DNA from: Sphagnum compactum
Lineage: Eukaryota
Length of the DNA stretch: 64,000 nucleotides
Assembly (NCBI GenBank): GCA_965153455.1
Contig: OZ234494.1
Location: forward strand, 2,108,001-2,172,000
Reading direction: 5' to 3'
This document shows positions 23,505 through 36,295 of the stretch, piece by piece. The position numbers were made by a program, and so were the translations under genes. The first letter of the stretch is position 1; the number at the start of each line of letters is the position of its first letter. Under the pieces are notes generated by a model, which was not told the DNA's origin, did not search any database, and worked only from the letters and a program-made list of their open reading frames with translations.

Positions 23505-24829
23505 TCTATCCATTAAGTAATATCCTAAAAAGGAAGATAGTAATTGTCAAAGAAAAATAAAAATATCCTAAAAAGCAAACCAAATTAGTCCGTCCTCTTG
23601 GTTAAGGGTTAAGGACTTAGGTTGTTTGTGTGTTTTGTTTGCCACATTAAGATCAAAATTGCAATGACCCACACCCCACCCCCCCCCCCCCCCCATCATG
23701 CACTTGGTATCTTTGGAAAGCCCTTATTGGATATGGATGCATCAAGGTGATTTCATAATGTTTAGACCTACGATGCAAAAGTTATTGAATATTAAACATT
23801 TTTTTCATTGAGATTTTAATAAAATCAAAATTTTAAAATTAGGGAAATTGGAGTGCATTCATGGCATAGTTAGAAAACCCTCAATGAGTGGGATTTTATG
23901 GATGAGATTTTGTAAGTTTTAGACCTAGGATGCACCCCAAACTAATTAATATGGATCTCACTAACTTAGCATACAAAATAAATTAGCACATTCACCTACA
24001 CAAAATATCCATGCTATTAACTTACTAATCTTTGCAAAGATACATAAGAGCCTTTTGAATGTTCAATACAATAACGTAGAGCAAATTTGACCTCAAAATT
24101 TGTGTGAAATAAGGAGATTCAGTGCTCACAATTGAAATTGAAGCAAACAAGGCTTGGAGAGCATGCGCATTCTACCTGGGGCAATTGTAAGAGCAAATCA
24201 AAATGGTGAAGGGGAGCACAAACAGACATTAAACATGTCATGATGTATTTCATGCAAAACAGGGCTTAGATAAGTGAGAGGTCCATAGATTATATGTAAT
24301 TTTTCCTTGAAGGCAAATTACACACACTATGCAAAGAGAACCTCACACTTGAACTGACAGTCATTTAAGATTAAGGTATTTCCCCATTGAACATCAGGTG
24401 CCACTTCAGATGTCACCTATATTTTCATTTAACATTGATTTTGCATCAAGTGTGAATGCACCATTAGCCATTCAAATAGGCCACTAGCTATATGTAAGTG
24501 CTAAAATCCCCCCTTTGGAATATATCCCCTAATACCAAGTGAAGGACACTCCTAATGGCAAATGGCACCTACGACAACAACCCACCCAAAAAAAGAAAAA
24601 AAACTAATTGCAAAAGCTTTTAAGAGCTATTTAATATATATGACCAGTTAAACATGGAGTATGAGCCAACATAAGGTTACTACCTTTAGGGGTTAACCAT
24701 GATGGCCTAAGGGCTGACGTCACTTCATCACATAATCACATTTGTGAACCCTTTGCTTTATTAGCTTCGCCTAAACAAAGAGACGTTCCTGTTTATGTGG
24801 GTACAAATTTGGCTTGAAATGGAGATTAG

Positions 24830-25750
24830 TTTGTTGGCGACAGGTAGAGACCCATTTACGTTTTATATGAATTGTTTTTAATTTTATATGCACGATGCAT
24901 TCAATTTACATACCCATGTTACAAGGTTCTGTCATTTACCATGATTTTGTTTGAAATTGTCATCAAATGCAAAGCCATTCAACTATAAGCTATTTGTTCT
25001 AAGCATGTCATTTAGATGGGTGTCTTGCCTTTATTGGCTCACATTTTCATTTCATTCCTAGTTGAATTTGCTTCATTTCAATTGATGGTTCTGATTCCTC
25101 GGTACAGTAACATCATTCATTTTGTTGATTTAATTCATGCCCACTATTATATTGGTCAGATGTGATTGAAAACACTCCAAACCTTTCCAATATTGCAAAA
25201 GAGTTTAGGATATTCATCAAATTTTTCTTACTTTGTCTCCCTTTTTTTTATCCTGGTCTTGTCTTCTTCAAACTACTCTTTGCTCTTCAAACATCAACAT
25301 AGCTTTTAAAAGATTTTCCATCATTGGGATTTGCTAATGAAACTAAGTTCAACTACGTTTTGTACTTCTCTTTTGCATCAATATGGAACGAATATGGTAG
25401 ACATTGTTGATAATGCAAAAGATCAAAAAATATTGGGCGATAGGCGAGCTTGTCCCTTAGATGTTGAATCCATTGAATAGTTAGCTTCCAATGTCCAAGG
25501 TGTTTGTCCCAAATGAACTAGGTGATAGAATTGGTTATATTGTTGCCATTACCACCAACTTGTTGTCAATCCCACTTAACATTACCAATTCATAGCAATA
25601 TGTAATGGTATGATCCCATTACTTTAAGTAGCCCTATGCTTGCACCTTTACATTGCTTCATATTTTTTCCATTAAAGAATCATCTTGAAGCTTGGTTTGA
25701 TGGATGTTGGAAAAGGATTTTTTTTAGTATCCCTATGGTGAAAGCATGAT
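24830..25750 (-). pseudogene. Highly decayed DNA-transposase remnant (hAT-like, tentative)
   Basis: Broken minus-strand fragment GVFSITSD...ELN resembles the hAT GVSI.SDGW...LIN catalytic-start motif; many stops. Confidence 0.3.
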
Positions 25751-27759
25751 AAAGTATTAAAAAATGTAGTTATCTCCAAGGTAGTAAAAAAAATGGCCTA
25801 GTTTTTGACATAAGTAGAAGAAAGTAAATTTAAAATAATTTAAAATAATATAATAAAAGCATGGTGCTTTTCTTTGAATTTATAGTGATGTGATTACAAA
25901 ATTTGAAAAACTTTGGCACAATAAAAGTAAATAGCAAGTATGTTTGAAAATGACTGGTCAATTTGACCTACTTTTCCATTAAAAGTTTGATGTATTTTAC
26001 TATAATATTTAAACATTAAAAACTTACAAGTATATTTTTAAGCTACATCATGTTGAAAATGGAAAATATTCAATAATTCATTTACTTTCACCTGCTTGTA
26101 CAAGTTTGGACAACCTAAAAAATAGGAAAAAATACATTTATTTTTAAAAATCTATTTGAATGCATATTATATATGTGATTAATCAACATTAAGGTGATAA
26201 GATTAAAGATTATTTTCATGTTGATCATTAAATAAAAAAACATTTCTACTTTAAGTACATTAAAACTTGTTTATAACTTCTTCTTTTTTGTGACAAGGAA
26301 CAAAAATTGTCTACTTTATCGTGTTTCTAGGCCTTCTAAATATGTAATTTTTGGCATGCAATAATAATGCATGGCATACACCCCCAAACACCTTGCTTCA
26401 AATTCTAACTTCCCACAGCCTTGCAAATTATTGAAGGTAGTGTGACTAAATAGAATGTTGTAAACCAAATATTCCCAAATGTCATCGTCTTTGAATTTTC
26501 ACAACTCTTCAAAGTTTACCAATTTGATCATTGTATTTAAAACTAATGGAGCAAAACCCACAAAAAGACAAGTATGCAACCAATAGATCAAATAATATGT
26601 TCATGATTTTGGAATTAGTATACATTCTATGTTCCTTGAAAATGTGCACATAATCACTCAAAGAATAAGGCTTGAATTTTGCTACCTCTATCGTTGTGTG
26701 GATTGTTATTGGTCACATGTCTTGATTGCAAATGAAATATCAAATGGAAATTTGGTAAAATTCTCACCCTTGCACATCTTCAACTTTTTCCAATGCATAT
26801 TTCTTCACAAAGTATGCATGTATGGTGTTTTGATTAAAATTTATTCAATTTTCCATAATGTTGGTTTTCATTACAACTTTGAATTGAACAACATGTTAGT
26901 TATCATGTTTCCCATTATCACTATTTCATATTGATCCTCCTCCTTAATGTCAATAATTTTCTTCAGCTATTGAATTCTTATGTGTGCATCATCAATTTGT
27001 TAATTGTATTCTTTCACATGATCAAAATGTCATCACAACATTGATGCCTAACCTTCTTCAAGCATATATGCCACTTCAACATCCTAAATGTGATAATATT
27101 TTTCATGTCCTTATATTTTTGAAATAATAATAATGTTTTTCCTTTTGGAGTTCTTGATTTTTTTGTTTAATTTATAATATGAAATACTTCAACTTCTCCA
27201 CCATTATATGGAGTTCTTAATTGCACTCCTTGTGTGAACTCAAGAGGTCCTTATCCTTTTAATTTTTCTCTAAATTAACTTTTTGTTTTGTCCTTAATAA
27301 TGTTTTCAACAATGTAGCCATGTTTTTCATCACATCTTTGAACTTTACATATTCCTCTCCTACATCAACTTCAACTCTTGTGATGCTTGAAGAAATTTCT
27401 CAGTAACTTATTTCCTTTGCTATTTGAAACCATAGATTGTATCATTTAATTACACTTTCTTTTCCTCTTGTTGTTTGAATATTGCAAAAATTCATTAATT
27501 TTCAATATTCACTTTCTTGCTACTTTCAAGTTCAATAGGATCAATATGAGATGTTGAGATCTCCCATTTTGTGACATTTTTAAATATTTTGCAACCTTTC
27601 ATTTGAGGTTGCGACAAAAAAATAAAACAATCATGGAACCATGATAGAATAAAATGCAAATTTGGCTCCAAGTGGATGGGATTTATCCAAAGGCTTCAAA
27701 CAAAGTCCCATAACATCATCAATGAAGGCATTGACATTTCTTTGAAGTGCGGGAAAGTC

Positions 27760-28910
27760 TCACGACCCTAACCTATGTGCACGAACAATTAATATGATCA
27801 ATGACAAAAAATCCTTCCCAAGATGAAGGAAAGCACAATACTTCCTTCTAAATCAGGCCATGAAAATGGTTGAGGTGTGGAGCAAAGGCTTTTATGTAAA
27901 CACATTCCTAGAAAATGTGGGAGTCAAAGGGAGGCGTTCCCATGAGTTCCAAGTTGAACCCCCATTTTGCGAATTAGATTAAGTCCCAAGGTATTTTGAA
28001 TATTTGGATCAAGGTTTTTGTCAATCAAACCTTTTCCAATTGGGCTTTCTTTAGACCATCTAAAAGGTTTCAAACAGTAATACACAAAAATGGGATCACA
28101 TTGTCAAAGCACAAATCTATAACATATGTTATCGTCATTTCAAAAGTTGGGAATCAAATTATCAAAATGATTCCTAACAACTTAAATAGCAATTTGATGG
28201 GTTAAATCAAGTTTGATTGAAGAACTTGATGCAAATTGGGAAAGTGTTTTTCAAAGGATATAGTTGATAGACCTTTAGATGGTTGAATTTGGATGCATTT
28301 TGAAGAAGTCATGAATTTTTTTAGCATTCATGAATCAAATTTTGGAATTTTTAAAAAATAATTCAAGAATCCCACATTTATTCTCATTTCAATGTAGATT
28401 TTATAGGGAATTACAAAGTATATTATAAGGAGGAGAATGATGACTCAATCCAAATCCGTATATTGTGATGAATTATGTGAATCATTGTGGTTTTTGCATG
28501 CATCATTTTGGTTCCAAATGCATTAACCATCCTCCATGTTTAGTTTGACCAATTTGATGTGATCGCAACCCCAATTAGTGTGTGGAAAGCACTATGACTC
28601 CCAAGTTGAACTCCTATTTTGGGAGTTGGAAGTCCCAAGGTGACTTTAATCTTTAGACCAATGTTTGTGGGATTAAGCCTTGCGCAAATTGGTTGAGTTG
28701 TTTGGATCATTGAAAACGTCTCAAAAAATATTACAATAAAATGGGGACTCATTAACACAATAAGGATTTGTGGCATAAGTTAAATGGTCATTTCAAGGGT
28801 CATGAATTAATTTGTCAAAATGATTCCCAACCACTTAAATGACAATTTGAGAGTCAAATCCAATCTAATTGAAAAGTTTGATATGACAAATTGGAAAGTT
28901 ATTGTTAAGA
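27760..28910 (+). mobile_element. Two degraded LTR-related fragments (family related to the solo LTRs below)
   Basis: Motifs tc.c.accc, tcccaagttgaactcc.attttggga.tt and attggaaag resemble those in the solo LTRs at 37281 and 44713. Confidence 0.45.
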
Positions 28911-30999
28911 ACTAAAGGATTAAATTTTTAATTGCTAGTTTTTAGTATCAAGGAGAAAGTATCCTTGGTCGTACCACTAGGAACCACCTTAAGGAATGGT
29001 TAAAGAATAAAAATTGGCCAAATAATATTCTTAAGCAATTTCTTTAAATACATTGACAAGTTGAGCTAAAGATGCAGATAAGTAATTGGTTTTTCAGTAC
29101 GTAAAAAGTCAGAAAATGATAAAGAATGTTTAGTGTGGAGGAGACTCTAATTTGTTTTTTCTAAATTATTTGTTTATTTTCTTTCCATTGCATAGAGAAT
29201 TTTAAACTGTTTGTTAGGACTTATGCAAACCCTACAACAATCGTGTGGACATGTGGTAAAACAATACATTACAATATAAGGTTGACCTTAAGCGCGGACA
29301 TGATCACCAAACAAAGTTTTGGGAGCCAACAAGAAGACCACCGATATTTCAAAAGTAGCTTTAAACAAATAAAACCACACGGTGCTCCAAAGATTTTTTC
29401 CACCTTCAGCTATATATGCATGAACATTGGAGATCCTTGATGGTTGATGAAACTCACATTGAATTGCATCATGGGACTACAAGTAATACACAAATATGTT
29501 CAATAATTTTTAAGCCAGATATACATGGTTGTCTTATCAAATATGAATTGACCAAACAACTAAGCATGTTGCTTTCGGGAAAAGCAGCTGAGCGTAATTT
29601 CAATGGATTCCATGATTGTGCAAAGTCGGCTGAGGTAGGCGATGCATGCGTCTCTAATGAGAAAGTGGACTTTTACTGAAAGTGGCGCAGATAAGCATGT
29701 TGGTTGTTTGCTAAGGCGGCTTACAGCGCTGTCACTGGCTCCATGACTCTACAAAGCGGCTCAGATTCTTACTTCCATGTACGTTGCTTGTCTGAATTTA
29801 TTTTTAGTGTGCTGCACAATGGGGCCCCTGAGCACAACCATTTTTTTCTGCCGATTCATCATTGTTATCCTTAAGTTTACTTTTAAAAACCCTTGCCAAC
29901 ATTAGAATTGGAGTACCCAAGCTATCACCATGACAACTTTTCCATGTGTTTTCTTAAGGGGCCCAAAGCTCCCATGCACTTTCCTACTCAGTCATTGCCA
30001 TATTTCCCTTTCATCCCACACAGGAAGCAACATTTTTGCTGGTTGCACCGACCTCACAATTCCTGTTTGTTTTTTGAAACTTTACTTTTAGCCCACCAAA
30101 CCCTCTCCCCCTCCCTCAAAATGGACCCCACGTCTTTTGGTTTTAAAGCATCAGCCAACTGACAGCACCTTAAACCTCCCTGCACCCTCACACTTAACAT
30201 AACTAGCTACTTTCACAAACATGTATGATGGCAACTCCTCAGTCCTCAAGTAGCCCGCTAAAACATTCAGGCAATCATCAGCTTCCTAGAAGAGCAACTT
30301 GGTCCTCATGAATGGGAAACTCTTCATGCAACCTTTCAAACCGTAGTGAGAACCAAAGACCCTGAAAGGTGATACTTGTGAAAATCCTTACACTTAATAA
30401 TAAACTAGCAAACATCAAATGAACCAAACTTGAAAATTATTTCATGTCATTATACTGAGTAGCATTCTGTGCGTTGTCACAAATTCCATATTCAGCTAAA
30501 GATGAATAATTCGCATGTGAGGATCCAAGAAGGCATCTTTGCATTTTGTGGCATCAGCAAACCCCTGTTATTGTCACTTGGTCCCTTCACACAACGGTTG
30601 TGTTGTTCTTTTACTCTAAAACCTTCATTGCTTCATTCAAGAAAGGGGAGATAGGAGTCAGATGCTGAAATTGTGAATGTTCAGGGGGTTTAAAAGAAGA
30701 GGAGACTTGAGAGGACCTTGTGACGGCCAAACCATAGCAATAGAAAAGACAAAATATATACTTCCTATGAATAAGGTTTAAATATAACCATTGTGGTTCT
30801 CAACAAAATGGTTGACAACATAAACCACCCCCATGTTGAAAGCCTGCCACTAACTTGTATAACAATTGGCAAATAATATGGGAGATGTAGTATTCATCCC
30901 TAGACATGGCAGCTTGTTGTAAGTTCCAATTCCCCAACCCATCAATATATACCATTGTCTAGTTTCAAATAGGTGACTAACTCCATGAACTCGGGGTCT

Positions 31000-32660
31000 C
31001 AAATGGAGGGTAAAGCCCCAGGATAGGGGCATTCCCAAAAGAAGCAGCCTAGGATGAGGTGGAGTCAAGTCCAGCCCTGCATTTTGGGAACGTCCCCCAC
31101 CCATGGGATTTAACCATTGTAAAGCACAAGGCAAATGTTATTTTAAACCTAACCATACATGATCATGAGGTGTAGGAGGACAAGGGTTCTTATGCCTACC
31201 ACTTGAGAGAGGGAGGGATCTTAGTCAACGTAAGATTCATTGTAGACCTTTCCACTCTTTAAGGAGATTCCTCCTCTTTTCTAGGAGTTGATCTTTACAA
31301 ATATAAGGTGACCTCCAAATACATTAGGAAATTTTTTTGGGTGCTGTGGACTTGAGTAAGTAGCTCATAATTGGCCAATTTGCCAGTGGCAGACACCTTT
31401 ATCTGCACAAATACTTGGTCCTTCCCTTCCAAGCACCCGTTAATTTAGCACCTGATCATTGGGTCACATAACTTACTCTTTTGCCCTTCATTTTTCTCAA
31501 GATACTTGCAATTCTCTCCTCAGACCCTACAGGGTCAATGTGCTTGATATTGTTGTAAGAGTTCTTTGAAAACTGATAAACTTTGACCTTCTGAACTGTT
31601 CATTGCCATGAATAATATTCTCAGCAAAGAGTTGAATATTGAATAACTTTGCAAATTGAATTTAAGGTAAATTGGAAAAATATAGAGTATGAGTTGCACA
31701 TTTCCAAGTGAATGGTAACAATATTGCATAAAAACAAACAAAAAGTCTTTAGATGCAAAGCCCTGTGAGAAATTTCCTAGTGTATTTGGAGGGCATTTTA
31801 AACATATGAATATCCTTTCTAGAAAAGAGGAAGGATCTTATGCCTACTCCTTAAGAGGAGAGTAGGAGCAAACTTACCCCTATTTGAAGTAGCATCACAC
31901 CTGGTGTTATCTTGGTGGCAAGTCAATGGCAAAGAAATCATTTAAAACTTTATTTTCACATTTCTTAATAAACACAAATGTGGCATCCTTGATTGGCAAT
32001 TGTTGACAAGTTAGTGATAAATCAATGTTTAGCTAACACCTAAACTTGTTCAAAACATAGATGTTATTGAAAAGTTTGGTGTTAATTTGAAGCACCCCAA
32101 AATGAGCTTGTAACTTGGTGGTGACACAGCGCCACCATTTCCCACCCCTTCAAGCCTTCTCCTTAATTCCTAATGTTCAGCGCCTTCTAACATTGTATCC
32201 TTGACTTACCATTATATAGTTTGTCTGAATGCAACACACGGAATTGGCACTTATAGACAATGTTGTTACCTAACAACAACCCAGGTGTCAATAGATGGAA
32301 TGATCATGTTAGATGAAGGTAAGAAAGGTGATCATAGTTGACCAAGTGGCACTTCAAGAGATGATAACTAGGTGTTACTGAAAATAACAACTGACCACTC
32401 TATAACACTGAGTGTCATGCTACCTTTAAAGATGTAAGATCCCTTCCACTATTAAGGAGTAGGCATGAGAAACCTCCTGATCTTCAGACTCGTGACTTAT
32501 GTATGTTAAGGCTCATGATAATGCTTGCCTTGTGCTTTACAAAACAAAGACCCCAGAACATTCTGAAGATGCAGGCCAAGACTTGGGTACAGCCTTACTC
32601 TTAAGCCCCTTCTTTTGGGGAATGCCCCCACCCTAGGGCTTTAACCTACACTAGATATAA
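31000..32660. repeat. Cluster of family B repeat fragments in both orientations
   Basis: Same motifs as 4170-4620 at about 31000-31340, 31760-31870 and 32420-32660. Confidence 0.55.
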
Positions 32661-33927
32661 TTGTCTCCTACAACATGAGATTTCACTCCAGAATCTATGG
32701 GAGGGTAATCTTACAGTTTTGCAACTTTAAATCACATGTCAAAGTATATACTAGATACCTGTGAACTTACTTTCTATAAGATACTTTCATCGGCTTAGAG
32801 CATCCTCACTGGAGCACTGCACATTGATGTGATGAAGAACAATATTCTTAGAGCATGGTCGGTGTGCAAATCACGTTTTGGATGAAAACAATAAAAACTT
32901 GCCAGGGTGAGGCAGTAAAAAGACTTTGGGTTAGCATTTTTGCTAACACCTGGTCTTGATTGGTGAGATGGATTGACTGGTCCAGGTGGTTTGCTATTAG
33001 TAATCTCATCTCTTTTAGGATGCCATTTTCATGTTTATGGGTGGAGCTTTGGAAGAAGTAAATAAGTAATCTTGGTGAGAAGTCATATTGAAGGCTCAAA
33101 TATTGAGTACGGGTGGAACTGCTCATAGCTTAAGAATTTTGTGGATGGTTAAAATTTGTGGTTCTTTGTCCTTCAACTAAGGGTTGTTGATGTGTTGTTG
33201 ATGTGGCTCTTTTCCGCTGTTCTCGAATGCCATTGTCACTGCGAGTGCTGTCCTCGTAAACAGCATTCTCAAATGGCACCAATGCCTTGTCAGTACTGGC
33301 CCCCTTACCCTACACTTAACGCTTTGAAGTGGGTGGTAAGGAGTAAGTACTCACTGTAGAAAGAAAGCCACATGGGCATGAGTGGTACCTTGCGTCCCAC
33401 CTCTATTTGTACATGGGATGGCACATGGGCGTGGAAGGTGCAATTGCTGCAATTGGAGCCCAAAGCCCAACCGCAAAACCCAAGGGCCGACTGAATGCAA
33501 TCTCTGGAGTCTGACCTGAAACAACGCATTGTAATGTGTGCTTGGTGCTACTGTGCCTGAACACTGCCGGCCCCCTGAGATATTTCAAATGGAACAATTT
33601 CAAAGTTCAAGAGTGTGATTCGCATCTTTTCAGGTGGGGGCATCTACTGATAATTTGAGTAACAAACAAATTTGATGCTCATGCAGTGTGTCCGAGTATC
33701 GACCCAAGTGATTCTTGTTGCGGTTCAAACACCACCAGAAATCTGCTCAATCATCTCCACTTTGGCGTCCGCGCGTGCCCCGTACTCTGTTGAATGTTTC
33801 TCGATGTATGTGTAGGTAACATAAAGCTTCAAAACTGCTGGAATAGTCTCGTGGGAGACATCTGATTCTTTTCATAATAAAGTGGTGGAATAGTATCTAG
33901 CATTTTTAATATAGAGATGCCATCAAG

Positions 33928-34203
33928 CAGTCATTTTTGTGGATGCAAAATTTCGCACAAACACAAAAAAAAATTTAAATACTTCTATCGCATATTCCCT
34001 CTCCTTTGCGAAACTTTTGCCAAATTCTGAAATTTTCAACTCAGATTTTGGTTTGTTGGCATTTTAACACATTTTTTTGCTGTTTAGATAGGTTATAGGA
34101 ACTTTCCATCATTTATTTTACTGCCTGAATCCCTCTTGGGTATGCTCACTACTAACTTTAGTTTCAAAAATTGGGGGAAAAAAAAAAAAAAAAACCCCCG
34201 CTA
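33928..34203. mobile_element. hAT-type MITE with 8-bp TSD
   Basis: CCATCAAG at 33920-33927 and 34204-34211 flanks a 276-bp element with CAG...CTA ends and T-rich/A-rich subtermini. Similar MITE-like pieces at about 13820-14120, 21090-21415, 21955-22320 and 49815-50030. Confidence 0.6.
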
Positions 34204-36295
34204 CCATCAAGCAGTCAGAGAAATTTCCTAGTGTATTTATTTAAGATGGCACCTTATATTTGCCAATAATCCACCTTCCGCCTACAAGAGGCATCTGAGG
34301 TTGAGGCAGCCTCTCACACACCTAGTAGAGTCTAGGAGGTTTAGGTAGGTTCCTCCTGCTGCTACTGCCTCGTGATCTATGTATTTCTAGGCTCATCATG
34401 ATTCATAATGGTTGGTTGCCTCGTGATTTAGGGACATTCTTGAAATGAAGAGGATTCAGCTTATCCTACATCCCTTGTTTCAGGACTGCCCCCACAATGG
34501 GGCCTTACTCTCCACTTAAATGAGAGGATGCAGTTGTTCTCCACTGATGATCTAGTCCCCATTTGTCTTGAGAGTGTAGTGTCTCTTGGATTTGTATTTC
34601 GGATCACAGCTTGGCCAAATGTAAAAATAAGTATATAATAGTGGCGCCAAGGCACCCTCACAAACTATCAAAAACATGGTTTAGTTGGTGCCTGGCCACC
34701 TATCGCAGCTCTTGAGCTCTCTCAAGAGCTGATAGTTGACACACACATGAACCTAGAACAGGGCAGACTGCCTCACGAGATGCAGATCCGACTGAAGTAG
34801 GCTAAAAAAATGCAAACTTTCTGCTTGGCTGTATCAGGCAGAGGCGTGCCTGCCTCCAAAGCTCCCACCTCTCTGCCCTGTCCAGAAAAGAAAGGGCCAT
34901 GCAAACCTAAACCTTTTCATAGAAAAAAGTTTGATCTTTTTTTATGAAGCTCCCTTATAGTCCCTCATCCGCCATAGCCACTTTTTCATTGCAAACTGTG
35001 AGCATTACAAACCTCAAATTTTAACTCGGGCAGGTGGAATGGGCAGGCCAATGAAGCGAGCAATTTCAAATATCAACTTGGGCGAGCAGGCAAAACCATT
35101 CATGTGTGCTCATGTGTGCTTTTCGCTTTTGGCTGCCAACGAAGTTGATGACACAAGCTTAACAGAAGCTGAGGCACAGCACCCATGTGCATGTTGCAAG
35201 TGAGACCTTCATTTTACTCATAACTCTAGATATCACTGTTTATCTCTTATTGGCCATATTTCTTCATAAAACAACTGACGCAATCATCTCGCTCACCTGA
35301 TTGGCTGAGAGGACGTGGGTCAGAACCCCTAATCCGTGACCTTCCAGTCATTTCCTACCTACTAAACTCCAGAACCCCGCCCTCGTGGATGATATCTGAA
35401 AACCCTCTTGCTCTTGGATGATGAATAGGAAATTTCAAAATCAAGCCCCGCCCTCATGGATGATATCTCAAAACAAGGTGCAAACATGACAACTAATTGA
35501 TATGACACTTCATAATAACAAGAGAGTAGACAGGTAGGATGCAAGAATCAACCGGGTGATGAAGGTCATCTCGATGACCACAGCAGTTGTTTATGTCTGA
35601 TAACCGGCTTGAGGCTGCAGGTTCCAAATATAACCTCACTGCTCCTGCGGCTCGGTGATATCCTGTGACCTGTGGCCTCTCACCAGTTACCTAGTCTGTA
35701 AAACTATACTGCTTCTTGGATGAAAACAGCATAACTGCTCTCTTCATGGATGAAAATAACATTCATCATACATCAATTTCTATTATTTCATTAACGACAA
35801 GAATGATTATCAGATACATGAAGAATGACAAAATAAAAACACACACAGAATCTGGAAAAGATGGAATTAATTGATGCTGCAAACTCTGCACTTCATTAGA
35901 AGATACATTGTCTGTCATTTTCTGGAAAAGGAAATTTATTTTTTAAGCTTTGTGTAGAAACAAAAGATTTTGCACAGTTTAGGATTTGGTATACAATTTT
36001 CAACCAGGTAACCTGCGAGAGGTGGCTAGTTATAGTTGAGATGGGGAGTGCCAAGGTATTTCCAGAAACCAATGTGCACAAACCAGTTACCAAGCATAAT
36101 TTGCTCTTCTTAGAATCAAGATGAATGGCCATGCTAAGTCAGAATGACAATCTCTCAATCACTTTTGAATACCAGGAATTTTTAAGGTAACATTAGTCAT
36201 AAACAGTAGCTGGTGTTGGTGGGTTGAAGTTTGAGTTACCTAAGTGGCGATGGGTGTGTTGTTTGTTCCACAAGAATTGGGATGGAATTTGAGTT

